Below, in pieces: positions 47,934-56,372 of a stretch of DNA of 64,000 nt. Position 1 is the first letter of the stretch; each line of letters opens with the position of its first letter. The stretch is taken from positions 62,001 to 126,000 of the IMG/VR virus record IMGVR_UViG_3300035181_001618, one strand, 5' to 3'. Source of the stretch: an uncultured virus (IMG/VR IMGVR_UViG_3300035181_001618) (taxonomy: Duplodnaviria; Heunggongvirae; Uroviricota; Caudoviricetes). Made by a program: the position numbers and the translations under genes. The notes below the pieces were generated by a model. The model was not told where the DNA came from and searched no databases. It was given only the letters and a program-made list of their open reading frames with translations.

Positions 47934-48715
47934 TGTCGAATTGCTCGGATCCACAGCATTGATGGGTCAAACTCATACCACCGCTTCGTGCCGAAGTCAG
48001 GATTGCTGGCGTCGCCGTGATGGTTGTTGTGCAAGGCTTGCCCCCAAGTGATGAGGCTTAACAGCGGGCGGTTGACCGAGAAGTCCTTGGTCTGATAGTT
48101 ACGGTACGTGCCGATGCCGCCCGTGTGACCGAGCACATTGACAGCGGCCTCTTGGTGGATAGCCCAGACCTGAGCGAGCGTCAAAGCCAATAACGGGACC
48201 GGCGAAGCGATGAGCCAAAGCAGGGCGAAGAAGGCCCACGTGCCCCAGAGAACTGAGTGGTAGTAGGTCACCTGCCACTGCCATGTAGGCTCACGGAGGA
48301 AGTCAATGCCTGAACGCAACGAGACCTTGTTGACGATGTCCTTGTCAAAGGCATAGCCTTGGTACGCGGTCCACAGGCTATGAGCGTGCGGCGAGTGGAG
48401 GTCCTTCTCGGTGTCGGAGTAGCGGTGATGGACGCCCCGATGGAGCGCAACCCAGAACAGCGCATGGCCATGACAAGCAAGCAAGCCGAAGAACAGCATC
48501 GCCTGCTCCCACGCCTTGCTGGTCTTGAACGACCGATGTGAGAAGAAGCGGTGCAAGCCGACAGCTACACCCAAGCCGCTAATCAAGCAGTAGAAGCCGA
48601 ACGTCATAAGCAAAGTTGACGCTGGCAAGCCATAGCGCCACAGCAAGGCTACCGCAATCACGTGAGGCGGCAGCCAAACTTTCCAAAAGTGCGAGCTCGT
48701 AAGCATATCCCTCAT
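47930..48715 (-). CDS. membrane delta-9-like desaturase
   Basis: His boxes HRFFSH, HRGVHH and HNNHH. Confidence 0.9.
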   Translation of the reverse strand: MRDMLTSSHFWKVWLPPHVIAVALLWRYGLPASTLLMTFGFYCLISGLGVAVGLHRFFSHRSFKTSKAWEQAMLFFGLLACHGHALFWVALHRGVHHRYSDTEKDLHSPHAHSLWTAYQGYAFDKDIVNKVSLRSGIDFLREPTWQWQVTYYHSVLWGTWAFFALLWLIASPVPLLALTLAQVWAIHQEAAVNVLGHTGGIGTYRNYQTKDFSVNRPLLSLITWGQALHNNHHGDASNPDFGTKRWYEFDPSMLWIRAIRQ

Positions 48716-49632
48716 TCTGCTACCTCTATGTTCTCTAGCTCCGCCCAGACCTCCTTGATCGGGCGAGAGAAGTCATCCATCCAGATTGTACCGTACCGCT
48801 CTTGACATAGCATTTTCCAACGCTGATTGATCGGCACGACTACGTCAAGCATGTTTTCAAAGCCAGTATACTTTTGCCGAGCTTCGAGCGTCGGGAACGC
48901 CCCTTGATAGTACTTGACCTTGAGCATCTCTGAGCTCCAGATCTGCGGCCGCCACATGTTAGCCACCAGGAGCTGCATGGTCGGCGTCCTGATGAAGGCA
49001 TTGGTCAGGTTTGTGTCGATCCACCCGTTCGGCTTCGAGTTAATGCCGTAATAGGTCAGGAACTTGGTCACTGAATAGTGGCGCTCGCTGTAGTACAGGT
49101 TCCACACGCGCTCGGGACCGCTGTCATCAGCGACCAGGCCTGGCTCGTCATAGCAATGGATGAACACGCGGTCAGGCGAGTTCAGGTCCAGCATCATCTT
49201 CAGCTGCCCGGTGTAAGCGAGCTCGGTGGTTTGACAGTTGGCCGCAATCTCGAACTGCTCGTCGCTGCCGTACCAGCTCTTGAGGTCGAAGAAGTGCTCA
49301 TACGGCGTGACGTCCCGACGAGCGCACCAACGCCTAGCCCAGTAGAGGTCATGATTGTTTGCGCCGTTATTCATGATCGTCGGCGTAAACTTGACTCCAG
49401 CGGTCCACAGGCTCTCACAGATCCACTCGCTGTCAAGGCCGCCGCTGAAGAGGACCATCAGCTCCTTGTCAGGATATGTAGCAGCGAGGTCCTTCGCTGC
49501 GGCCAAGGACTCTTGTCTCAACGACATCGGCGGGCGAGTCGGGCGCTCGAACCAGACCTGGTAGCACTGCTCATTGTTGGTGCGCGGAATGTCGGCTACG
49601 CCGTCATACCCTTTGTAGATGCGTGATGTCAT
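48712..49632 (-). CDS. asparagine-synthetase-like PP-loop (ANH) enzyme
   Basis: SLRQES, LFSGGLDSE and RQKYTGFE motifs. Confidence 0.65.
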   Translation of the reverse strand: MTSRIYKGYDGVADIPRTNNEQCYQVWFERPTRPPMSLRQESLAAAKDLAATYPDKELMVLFSGGLDSEWICESLWTAGVKFTPTIMNNGANNHDLYWARRWCARRDVTPYEHFFDLKSWYGSDEQFEIAANCQTTELAYTGQLKMMLDLNSPDRVFIHCYDEPGLVADDSGPERVWNLYYSERHYSVTKFLTYYGINSKPNGWIDTNLTNAFIRTPTMQLLVANMWRPQIWSSEMLKVKYYQGAFPTLEARQKYTGFENMLDVVVPINQRWKMLCQERYGTIWMDDFSRPIKEVWAELENIEVAE

Positions 49633-50401
49633 GGCTGATATGCTTTATGAGATGGTAGCCTGGGTCACAAGCTTGAGGCGTGTCAACAGCAAAGTTAGCG
49701 GAGCCTGGAAAGGCGTGGTGGGTGTTGTGGAGGGTTTGCCCCCAAGTCAGCCACGCAAGCCACCGAATGTTCCGGCTATTGTCCTTGGTCAGGTGGTCAG
49801 CCTTGCCGAATCGCCTGTCATGACAGAAGCTGTTGATGATCGCCTCTTGATGGATACTTATCATCCCCGCGATAGCGGCTCCCGCTGCAATAGCACGAGT
49901 CGGTTCGAAACAGGCTAGGATGGCGAGCAAAGCCCACCAGCTCCACAGCAAGGTCGTGTACCGGCGATGTGCAAGTTTGCACCACTTGTCTTTGATTAGG
50001 TCGCTCGCAAGCGACATGGACACGTCAGTAGGCTTGATCGAGAAGATCCAGCCCATGTATGCGTGCCAGAACCCTTTTGTCGGCGTGTGGATGTCAGGTA
50101 GCTTGTCTGAGTTTGGGTGATGCAACCGATGTAAAGCGACCCAGAAGATGACAGAGCCTTGGCCCGCCAGCGAGCCGCCGATAAGCATGACATAGCGCCA
50201 GAACGCGTTCGTGGTAAACGCTCGATGCGTGAAGTATCGGTGAAACCCGACGCTCACGCCTAAGCCTGAGAACCACAGATTGAGGGCCAAGAAGGAAGCG
50301 AGAAGTCCCCAAGACATGCTATGAACGGCATAAAATAGACCGGCAAGGCCTACAGCGTGCGCGGGTAGGTGTATCCTAGTGACGTGCGGATTAGGCGACA
50401 T
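49604..50401 (-). CDS. membrane delta-9-like desaturase
   Basis: His boxes HRYFTH, HRLHH and HNTHH. Confidence 0.9.
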   Translation of the reverse strand: MSPNPHVTRIHLPAHAVGLAGLFYAVHSMSWGLLASFLALNLWFSGLGVSVGFHRYFTHRAFTTNAFWRYVMLIGGSLAGQGSVIFWVALHRLHHPNSDKLPDIHTPTKGFWHAYMGWIFSIKPTDVSMSLASDLIKDKWCKLAHRRYTTLLWSWWALLAILACFEPTRAIAAGAAIAGMISIHQEAIINSFCHDRRFGKADHLTKDNSRNIRWLAWLTWGQTLHNTHHAFPGSANFAVDTPQACDPGYHLIKHISHDITHLQRV

Positions 50402-50909
50402 AGGAACGGCGGATTAGCAGCGGGATGGCAAGCACAGTCTCATGCATGACATGCTCCCAGAGGATCGGGTCAGCTACCTTCTTGTACGGCTCGACCGCGC
50501 ATACGTCCTCGATGGTGTACTTGCGCAAGTCCTCCGTGCCGTCTCGCCAGAAGGACCGGTAGGCTCGTGCCCACTTCGCAGGGAAAGCGTAGTAGAACTT
50601 CGTGACGTTTAAAGATTCATAAAATTTCAAGCACTCCGACAAGCACTCTCTTAGCTCTTTGGGGTCACCGTCAGAGACCATCAAGTCGAGCACCCAGAAG
50701 TCAACGTGCGCGTAGGCGCAGATGAAGGCTGTCAACCGGTCACCGTCAAACTTGCCTACAGCGTAGTGCGGTGCATGCTGGTAACGGGCGTGCACGCTGA
50801 GCAGTGGAGCTGTCGTGATTGCGGTCACCGCAGCGCCGGCGTGAGTTGTCTTAGTGGCGCGCAGCTTACGCATGGCTCGCCAGTCAGAAGGTAGCAGCTG
50901 TCTAAGCAC
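50391..50909 (-). CDS. GNAT-fold-like protein
   Basis: GTG start, LRQL..SD N-terminus and VGKFDGDRLTAF strand. Confidence 0.45.
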   Translation of the reverse strand: MLRQLLPSDWRAMRKLRATKTTHAGAAVTAITTAPLLSVHARYQHAPHYAVGKFDGDRLTAFICAYAHVDFWVLDLMVSDGDPKELRECLSECLKFYESLNVTKFYYAFPAKWARAYRSFWRDGTEDLRKYTIEDVCAVEPYKKVADPILWEHVMHETVLAIPLLIRRSYVA

Positions 50910-51336
50910 GTGTGTAGACCGCTCCGTTGAACCGAGGGGCGACACGAGAGAAGACCGTGCGGTAGACAGGGTGGTCAATCATCATGCCAGGGGTAACAGA
51001 CAGCACGTGAGTCCAACCCGCCGGCGGCTCAACGCCTTCCTTCAAGAAGATTTGCGTGGGCAGAGCGAGCTTGTCAGCGACCAGGTCAAGGTGCGCGATG
51101 CTGCCGAACCAGTGATGAATGTAGGCTCCGCCCTTCTCATGCATGATCGTATAGAGCGCCGCGGCTACAGTCATGTCAGTCCCTGTGTCGGTAACCTCAT
51201 AGATGCCGGTCGTGTCGGTCGGGGTCAGGAAGTACTGTGTCAGCTGAGTGTGCGTCGCGAGCAGTGGATCATGCTGCATCAGGTACCGTTGGATTCGGCG
51301 ATGGTCAAGACGAGTGAGGGTTTTGGCTTCGTACAT
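50902..51336 (-). CDS. hypothetical protein, possibly GNAT-like
   Basis: 144-aa ORF coupled on both sides. Confidence 0.5.
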   Translation of the reverse strand: MYEAKTLTRLDHRRIQRYLMQHDPLLATHTQLTQYFLTPTDTTGIYEVTDTGTDMTVAAALYTIMHEKGGAYIHHWFGSIAHLDLVADKLALPTQIFLKEGVEPPAGWTHVLSVTPGMMIDHPVYRTVFSRVAPRFNGAVYTRA

Positions 51337-51339
51337 AGC

Positions 51340-52047
51340 TTAGAATGGGTGAATGACGGTCTTCATCTTGAGCATATTTAGCTCAACAAAGCTCCCCACG
51401 TATCGACTGTGGTTGAGGGCTACCAGCTGGAGCAAAGCTGTAATGAGCCAGGCTACCTGCAAGTTGTGAAACGCCAGCGGCAGGCTGTAGTTAGCCGTGT
51501 CAAGGTAGCTCTCGTTGAGACGAACGAATGTGCGTACGTTTAGTTTCGTCCAGGGAAAGCACATTGGGCCAAGCCAGAGCCTCATACGATTGCAGATGAC
51601 CGGCAGATACGTCTTGCCCGGCATGTCAGGGAGGTCAAGGTAAGAGTCAGCGAAGACCAACGTAAGCTTGGCGTCATCAGCCGGATACATCCCGTTCTCT
51701 TCGAGGCCGTCAGCTACCAGCTGACCGACGCTGTTCTTAGTCAGGTCGATGAAATTGTACGTGACGTGCTTGAGCTGTTCTTGCACGTCGGCCCAGGCGG
51801 CCCCGTGGAGCTCCCAGCCTGCCATGCTCGGATGTGGGTCAAAGGCAAGAAAGCCTCGAGCGTTGTACGCTTCGAGCAGCTCCATCTCGTCATCGTCGAG
51901 GTCAGTAACGTCAATGCCGACTACCAAGCGGTCGAGGAACTTTTGCCTGTCAAGCGGCTCAACATGCTTGACGTTTTCGCTTACGAGCAAAGCCTCGCCG
52001 ACACCTGTGCTTTTCAAGAGCCACTGAGGCTTCAATTTGATGATCAT
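51340..52047 (-). CDS. TOMM/cyanobactin cyclodehydratase N-terminal region (RRE plus E1-like), stand-alone
   Basis: KP.W...LLVSE, Y..RGFL, GW..HG, L...LEENG, LTLVFADSYL and YLPV....LWLGP occur in the same order as in TruD/PatD as I recall them. Confidence 0.7.
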   Translation of the reverse strand: MIIKLKPQWLLKSTGVGEALLVSENVKHVEPLDRQKFLDRLVVGIDVTDLDDDEMELLEAYNARGFLAFDPHPSMAGWELHGAAWADVQEQLKHVTYNFIDLTKNSVGQLVADGLEENGMYPADDAKLTLVFADSYLDLPDMPGKTYLPVICNRMRLWLGPMCFPWTKLNVRTFVRLNESYLDTANYSLPLAFHNLQVAWLITALLQLVALNHSRYVGSFVELNMLKMKTVIHPF

Positions 52048-52060
52048 ATGCTATGTGATG

Positions 52061-52087
52061 AAAGAGGGGCCGAATTCGGCCCATCTT
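52061..52087 (-). terminator. hairpin / putative terminator after the fibre gene
   Basis: GGGCCGAATTCGGCCC followed by CTCTTT on the minus strand. Confidence 0.5.
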
Positions 52088-52089
52088 GT

Positions 52090-53661
52090 TTACTCAAACG
52101 AGCCAGAACCGTTGACGTAACCGTCGATACCCTGGTTGTACATGGTAGAGGTGATAGTAGCCGTGGTCCATGCGTGATGATCATTGCCGTTAGTAACGGC
52201 AAAGTCGTGAGCGTTACCGCACATGTAGAAGTACATGGTGATAGTTCCTGCTGAATTCATCGTTGCCGTGATGATGTTAGCGCGACCTGAGTAGCTGATC
52301 GGATACAGGTGACCCGTTACGGATGCATCTGCATGTACCGGAATCGAGTTGTTGCCCGTGCCTGGATCGTAGTCATATGCAATGCCACCGTCAGTACCGA
52401 AATGCACGGTTCCGTTAGGAGCGAGCGTGACGGTGTCACCTGTGTAGAGGTTTTGGATATTGACAGTGTTAACACCCGATGCCAAGCTGATCCTAGCAGC
52501 TTCGCCGTAGAACGTGCTTTGGTAGTAGGCATTGATGTGGACCACGCCGCCCGGAACGCCAGACACGCTAACGCTCGCTGACCGTGGTTGCAGGAGCGAG
52601 AGCGCGTTAAGCGTCAGCGTGCCAGTTCCTGTTGTCGCGTACGTGAAGTCTACAACGCCAACGCCGCTCGAGTTCATCGAGACCGTAGTAGCTGTAATGC
52701 CTGACGGACCGCTCAAGCCAGAGCCAGGAGCCAGGTTGACGTTGACAGGCAAGCTCGTAGCGTTCGGCGTGCCCGTGAAGGTCAGGTGGAAGACCACGTT
52801 TGTGCCAAGCGTGGTCGAAGTCGGCGTAGCAGACATAGCCGTGAAGCCTGTCAACGTAGGTGCCGGGCTTGGAACTGGAGTTCCTGGCGACGGAGTCGGC
52901 GTTGGCGTGCCCTTGCCTGGTGGGCTTGGAGACGGGGTAGGCGTCGGTGTCGGCGTTGGGCTAGGCGCCGGAGCGTTGACTGTGATGTTGGCCGATTGGG
53001 TTGCGCCCACGGTCATGTTGGTGCCGCTATTGACAACGGCCTGCACGGTCTTGACGCCCGCTGCTGAGCTGCCAATTGTGTACGTGATGTGGCCGACACC
53101 GCTCGAGATGATCAGTGATTGCGAGACCGAACCACCAAACGTTCCGGTTAAGCCGCCCGTTGTGTTGTTGAGCGTGATGCCGGTCGTGACTGACTGGTCA
53201 ACCGCAGACGTGAAGGTCAGGGTCAGGGTCGAGCTAGAGCCGGTGGTAACGCTCGACGGCGCGAACGAAGCACCAGAGAAGATGATGGCCGGCGACGGGC
53301 CTGGAGTCGGGGTAGGCGTAGGCGATGGGCCCGGAGTCGGGGTAGGCGATGGCGACGGCGACGGACCGGCTGTCGGGTGAGGCCACACTACAACCCAGTT
53401 GCCGCTGATTGTGTAGAGCAGCATCTGATTGTCAGTGCTGTTGTACCAAAGCTGACCGGTGGTCGGGTGCGGCGGAGCGCTTGAGCTGGCAAAGTGCTCA
53501 AGCAGCCTGATCAGGTTCTCCTGCACGCGCTCACCCCAGTTCGGCGCTGCTTTGCCTGTCAAGGCTAAGGACGTGGATGAGGTATCAATGCTGCCTGCTG
53601 GCAGCGTAAACGGAGTCTTTAACGAGTCATTAGACCAGTTAAGCGTGTAGTTGAATGTCAT
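52090..53661 (-). CDS. tail-fibre/baseplate appendage protein with (SP/TP)n linkers
   Basis: WGE..QENL..LLEHFA..P..P..GQLWY N-terminal motif; two Pro-rich linkers; Ig-like segments. Confidence 0.7.
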   Translation of the reverse strand: MTFNYTLNWSNDSLKTPFTLPAGSIDTSSTSLALTGKAAPNWGERVQENLIRLLEHFASSSAPPHPTTGQLWYNSTDNQMLLYTISGNWVVVWPHPTAGPSPSPSPTPTPGPSPTPTPTPGPSPAIIFSGASFAPSSVTTGSSSTLTLTFTSAVDQSVTTGITLNNTTGGLTGTFGGSVSQSLIISSGVGHITYTIGSSAAGVKTVQAVVNSGTNMTVGATQSANITVNAPAPSPTPTPTPTPSPSPPGKGTPTPTPSPGTPVPSPAPTLTGFTAMSATPTSTTLGTNVVFHLTFTGTPNATSLPVNVNLAPGSGLSGPSGITATTVSMNSSGVGVVDFTYATTGTGTLTLNALSLLQPRSASVSVSGVPGGVVHINAYYQSTFYGEAARISLASGVNTVNIQNLYTGDTVTLAPNGTVHFGTDGGIAYDYDPGTGNNSIPVHADASVTGHLYPISYSGRANIITATMNSAGTITMYFYMCGNAHDFAVTNGNDHHAWTTATITSTMYNQGIDGYVNGSGSFE

Positions 53662-53723
53662 GTTGTCTCCGATGCCGGCTCATCGAGCGCCCACAACATT
53701 CCGGTCTTGCCGTTGCGAACGGC

Positions 53724-54362
53724 TTATTTAACGCTGAACCAACCGACTACGGAGTAGCGCTTACCCTTAGTCAAGGGCGTGACCTCATGCAGGAAGCGGA
53801 TGTCGGATGGGAAGAGGACCATGCCTCCCGTAGCAGGGTGCAGCTTGACAATCGAGCCATCGCTGTGATGCACCGAATGCAGCACTAGGTCGCCGCCTTC
53901 ATAGTCCTCATTGAGGTACATGATGCAGGTCAGCTGCCGATGCGGCGAGGTGTACCTGAAGACGCCTTTTGCGTCGTAGTATGCGTTGTCTGTATGAGCG
54001 AGAAAGTGCCCTTTGTCAACGTCAGCGTATGACAAGAACTGAAGAGGCTCTGAGAGGAACGCCGGCTTACCAAGCAGCGCGGTCGTGTGATGGGTGACAG
54101 CCGCTGTCATGCGCTGAGCGACCTGGGCATAAAGCTCAGGCTCAAGCTGCATGGCTTTTGAGGACCGATGGTAGGTGTCAACCACCTGCTTGTGAAGCGT
54201 CACTTCACTGTCATACACGCCCGAAGCTTGAGGGTTGCTCAAGCTTGCAATCACGCGCTGGCAAAACTCGCCGTCGAGGGTGACGGCGGTAATCACAGGT
54301 GGGTGGAACTGTGGCACGAAGTTCGCGCCGTACGGCTCTAACGAGCGGTAGTCGACGTACAT
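53724..54362 (-). CDS. prolyl-4-hydroxylase-like 2OG-Fe(II) oxygenase
   Basis: HTD, YLNEDYEGG, FPS and HEVTP..KGKRY motifs. Confidence 0.88.
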   Translation of the reverse strand: MYVDYRSLEPYGANFVPQFHPPVITAVTLDGEFCQRVIASLSNPQASGVYDSEVTLHKQVVDTYHRSSKAMQLEPELYAQVAQRMTAAVTHHTTALLGKPAFLSEPLQFLSYADVDKGHFLAHTDNAYYDAKGVFRYTSPHRQLTCIMYLNEDYEGGDLVLHSVHHSDGSIVKLHPATGGMVLFPSDIRFLHEVTPLTKGKRYSVVGWFSVK

Positions 54363-54583
54363 TAGCGACGCGTTGCTGTGGTCAGTGACCTGATCTCGCC
54401 GTTGAGAGCTTTTGGTTCGATCAGCGCGTTGCCTAAGTCATACTCTTCAAGAATCATAGCAGGCACAACCTCAAAGACAAATGTGCCCCGATTGCCATTG
54501 CGCACGATGTTCTGCAGCTTGTAGCCCTTAACCTTCAGGTAAGCGGCGAGAATGATGTCTACTGTAGAGAAATTATTTTGCAT
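54362..54583 (-). CDS. small DUF5659-like protein
   Basis: F.T.D..LAAYL...G...FVF pattern. Confidence 0.55.
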   Translation of the reverse strand: MQNNFSTVDIILAAYLKVKGYKLQNIVRNGNRGTFVFEVVPAMILEEYDLGNALIEPKALNGEIRSLTTATRR

Positions 54584-55220
54584 GATGCTTTTCCCACCTC
54601 AGCTTTGCGCTTTCGCGCATTCTTTGTCGCGTCTCTTCTGACGCGCTAGAACCGGCATTCCATGCAGGAACGCCTGTTCTCTTTCCTTTGTTAGCCGGCT
54701 CTTTGCCTAATCGAGCTTTACTGATATTTGCTTTATGCTCTTCAGTAAATGTACGCGATGATCCAACTCTGTTGCCCATCATGAGTTGCCTCAAGATCGG
54801 ATCTTGCCAAACAGCTTTAAGCTTCTCTGACCTTTTAGCTTTATTGGCTGGGTCGAGATTTGCAGATTGGAGCCCTGCTAGAATTTTATTCCGATACTGA
54901 TCATCTTGCCAACGTATCAGCATCTGATCACGCGTAATGTTTGCATGCTGTCTACGCAGCCAACCATAAGCTTTATTTGAAGCAAATGATCGCGTGATGC
55001 TCATCATATGAGCAGCGTGAATCAACTTTGTAGATGGATGAATCTTAGCCAGCAAGATATGAGCTAAAAAATGCTCTTCTGGCGTTAACGCAGCAATGTT
55101 GGAAGCATCATCGAGCCCGCCCATACATGACGGAACAATATGATGACGTTCTACATACCCTTCAATTGACCGAGATTTTGCTCGATCGATGAGGCTCTGA
55201 TATATGCGTTTGTAATCCAC
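54573..55220 (-). mobile_element. free-standing HNH homing endonuclease
   Basis: ERHHIVP.CMGG..N...LTPEEHFLAH.LL; TEEHKANIS; SEETRQRM. Confidence 0.88.
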
Positions 55221-55272
55221 GTCATATTTATGAGAGCACTGGTCACTTGAGGGGTATTCTCAATGAAACTTG

Positions 55273-55797
55273 TCAGTAATCATTGATGAACTTGGCCGCA
55301 TCCTCCGTTGACTTAAACGACTTGCGCTTGTCAGCATAGCGAATCACGATCTTGCCAAGCTCCCACGAGCATTCAAGATGATCACCGAATTCGATGATCA
55401 AGGTAAGCGCCTTCAAGGTGATCAAGGCAGGCAAAGCTACCGAAGACGCAACCCTGAGCTTTAAGCTATAGCCTCTACCGTCAAAGGCTGATGCGAGTGA
55501 AGTCAAGACGGCAAGCTTAAGCATCCAGTCAACGTCGGCTTGGTCATTGACGCTGTTGGTGTAAAATTCACCATGCTTGATCGGATCAGGCAGCTTGAGC
55601 GTGTTGTTGTGCACCGTAAACAAGAGGTACGTGTCAACGCACGGATGCTTGAGCTGGAGCCGCATCTCTTTATCATAGCGGCCATGCTTGATTTTTACAT
55701 CGAGGTCCGGGACCTCATCGCTCTCGACGATTAGCTGTTGAAGCTTCAATGTCCACTTACGAATTTGCGTGTGGTCAATGGCTTCGGCTATTGTCAT
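55273..55797 (-). CDS. LKLQQ family protein
   Basis: TLKLQQLIVE. Confidence 0.6.
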   Translation of the reverse strand: MTIAEAIDHTQIRKWTLKLQQLIVESDEVPDLDVKIKHGRYDKEMRLQLKHPCVDTYLLFTVHNNTLKLPDPIKHGEFYTNSVNDQADVDWMLKLAVLTSLASAFDGRGYSLKLRVASSVALPALITLKALTLIIEFGDHLECSWELGKIVIRYADKRKSFKSTEDAAKFINDY

Positions 55798-56363
55798 GCA
55801 GCAGAGACAGTGATGGTGTAGGTGATGAGCCAGGCGCGGTTCGCTGTCTTCTCGATCGGGTTGAAAACCAGGTGAGACAGCAGGAGGCCGTCTGCAGATT
55901 TTAACCCAATTTCGTCAAAGGTGAACGAGCTTTCAGGGTCGGTTGTGAGATTATCTGCTACGGCTTGCCCTAACGGCTCGAGAGCGGACAGCTGAGCGGT
56001 TACTACAACGAGCGAAGTCAGCGCAGGAGCCGGCGATGGTAGCGCTTGCACCGAGTTGCTGGTCGGAGTGCCTGAAGTCAGGTCATCGACTTGGACCGCA
56101 TAGGTCTGGTTGTACAAGGAAGCGCCTGAGCCGATGATGTTCGGTGACTTGTACACCAGCGAGCTGCTTGTGTTATAGAACGTGCCGCCGTTGCCAAAGG
56201 CTAGCTCGAACACGTAGCCGTTGTCCTCGCGGGCCAAGGCACGTGCAACGATCAGAGCCATGTTCTGTGGATGGATGGCGTTCTGCTTCTTGACAACCAA
56301 GTTACCTTGGTCATCATGGATCATCACCGTGCCGATGAAGTTGAGGTGTGCGTTAGTGTCCAT
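55794..56363 (-). CDS. virion structural (baseplate/tail) protein
   Basis: NAIH...FDEIGL...LLSHLVF.P.EK pattern; TAAATA promoter. Confidence 0.65.
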   Translation of the reverse strand: MDTNAHLNFIGTVMIHDDQGNLVVKKQNAIHPQNMALIVARALAREDNGYVFELAFGNGGTFYNTSSSLVYKSPNIIGSGASLYNQTYAVQVDDLTSGTPTSNSVQALPSPAPALTSLVVVTAQLSALEPLGQAVADNLTTDPESSFTFDEIGLKSADGLLLSHLVFNPIEKTANRAWLITYTITVSAA

Positions 56364-56372
56364 AGGAGCTAT

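Noticed and set aside
52532..53380. Long antisense ORFs here and at 27206-27892, 18133-18954 and 63052-63825
   Set aside because: Shadow ORFs expected from GC-rich codon bias opposite clear genes
45195..53724. Canonical lasso or TOMM precursor peptide gene
   Set aside because: There is no intergenic room and no short ORF with a leader/core pattern, so the operon is not called a standard RiPP cluster
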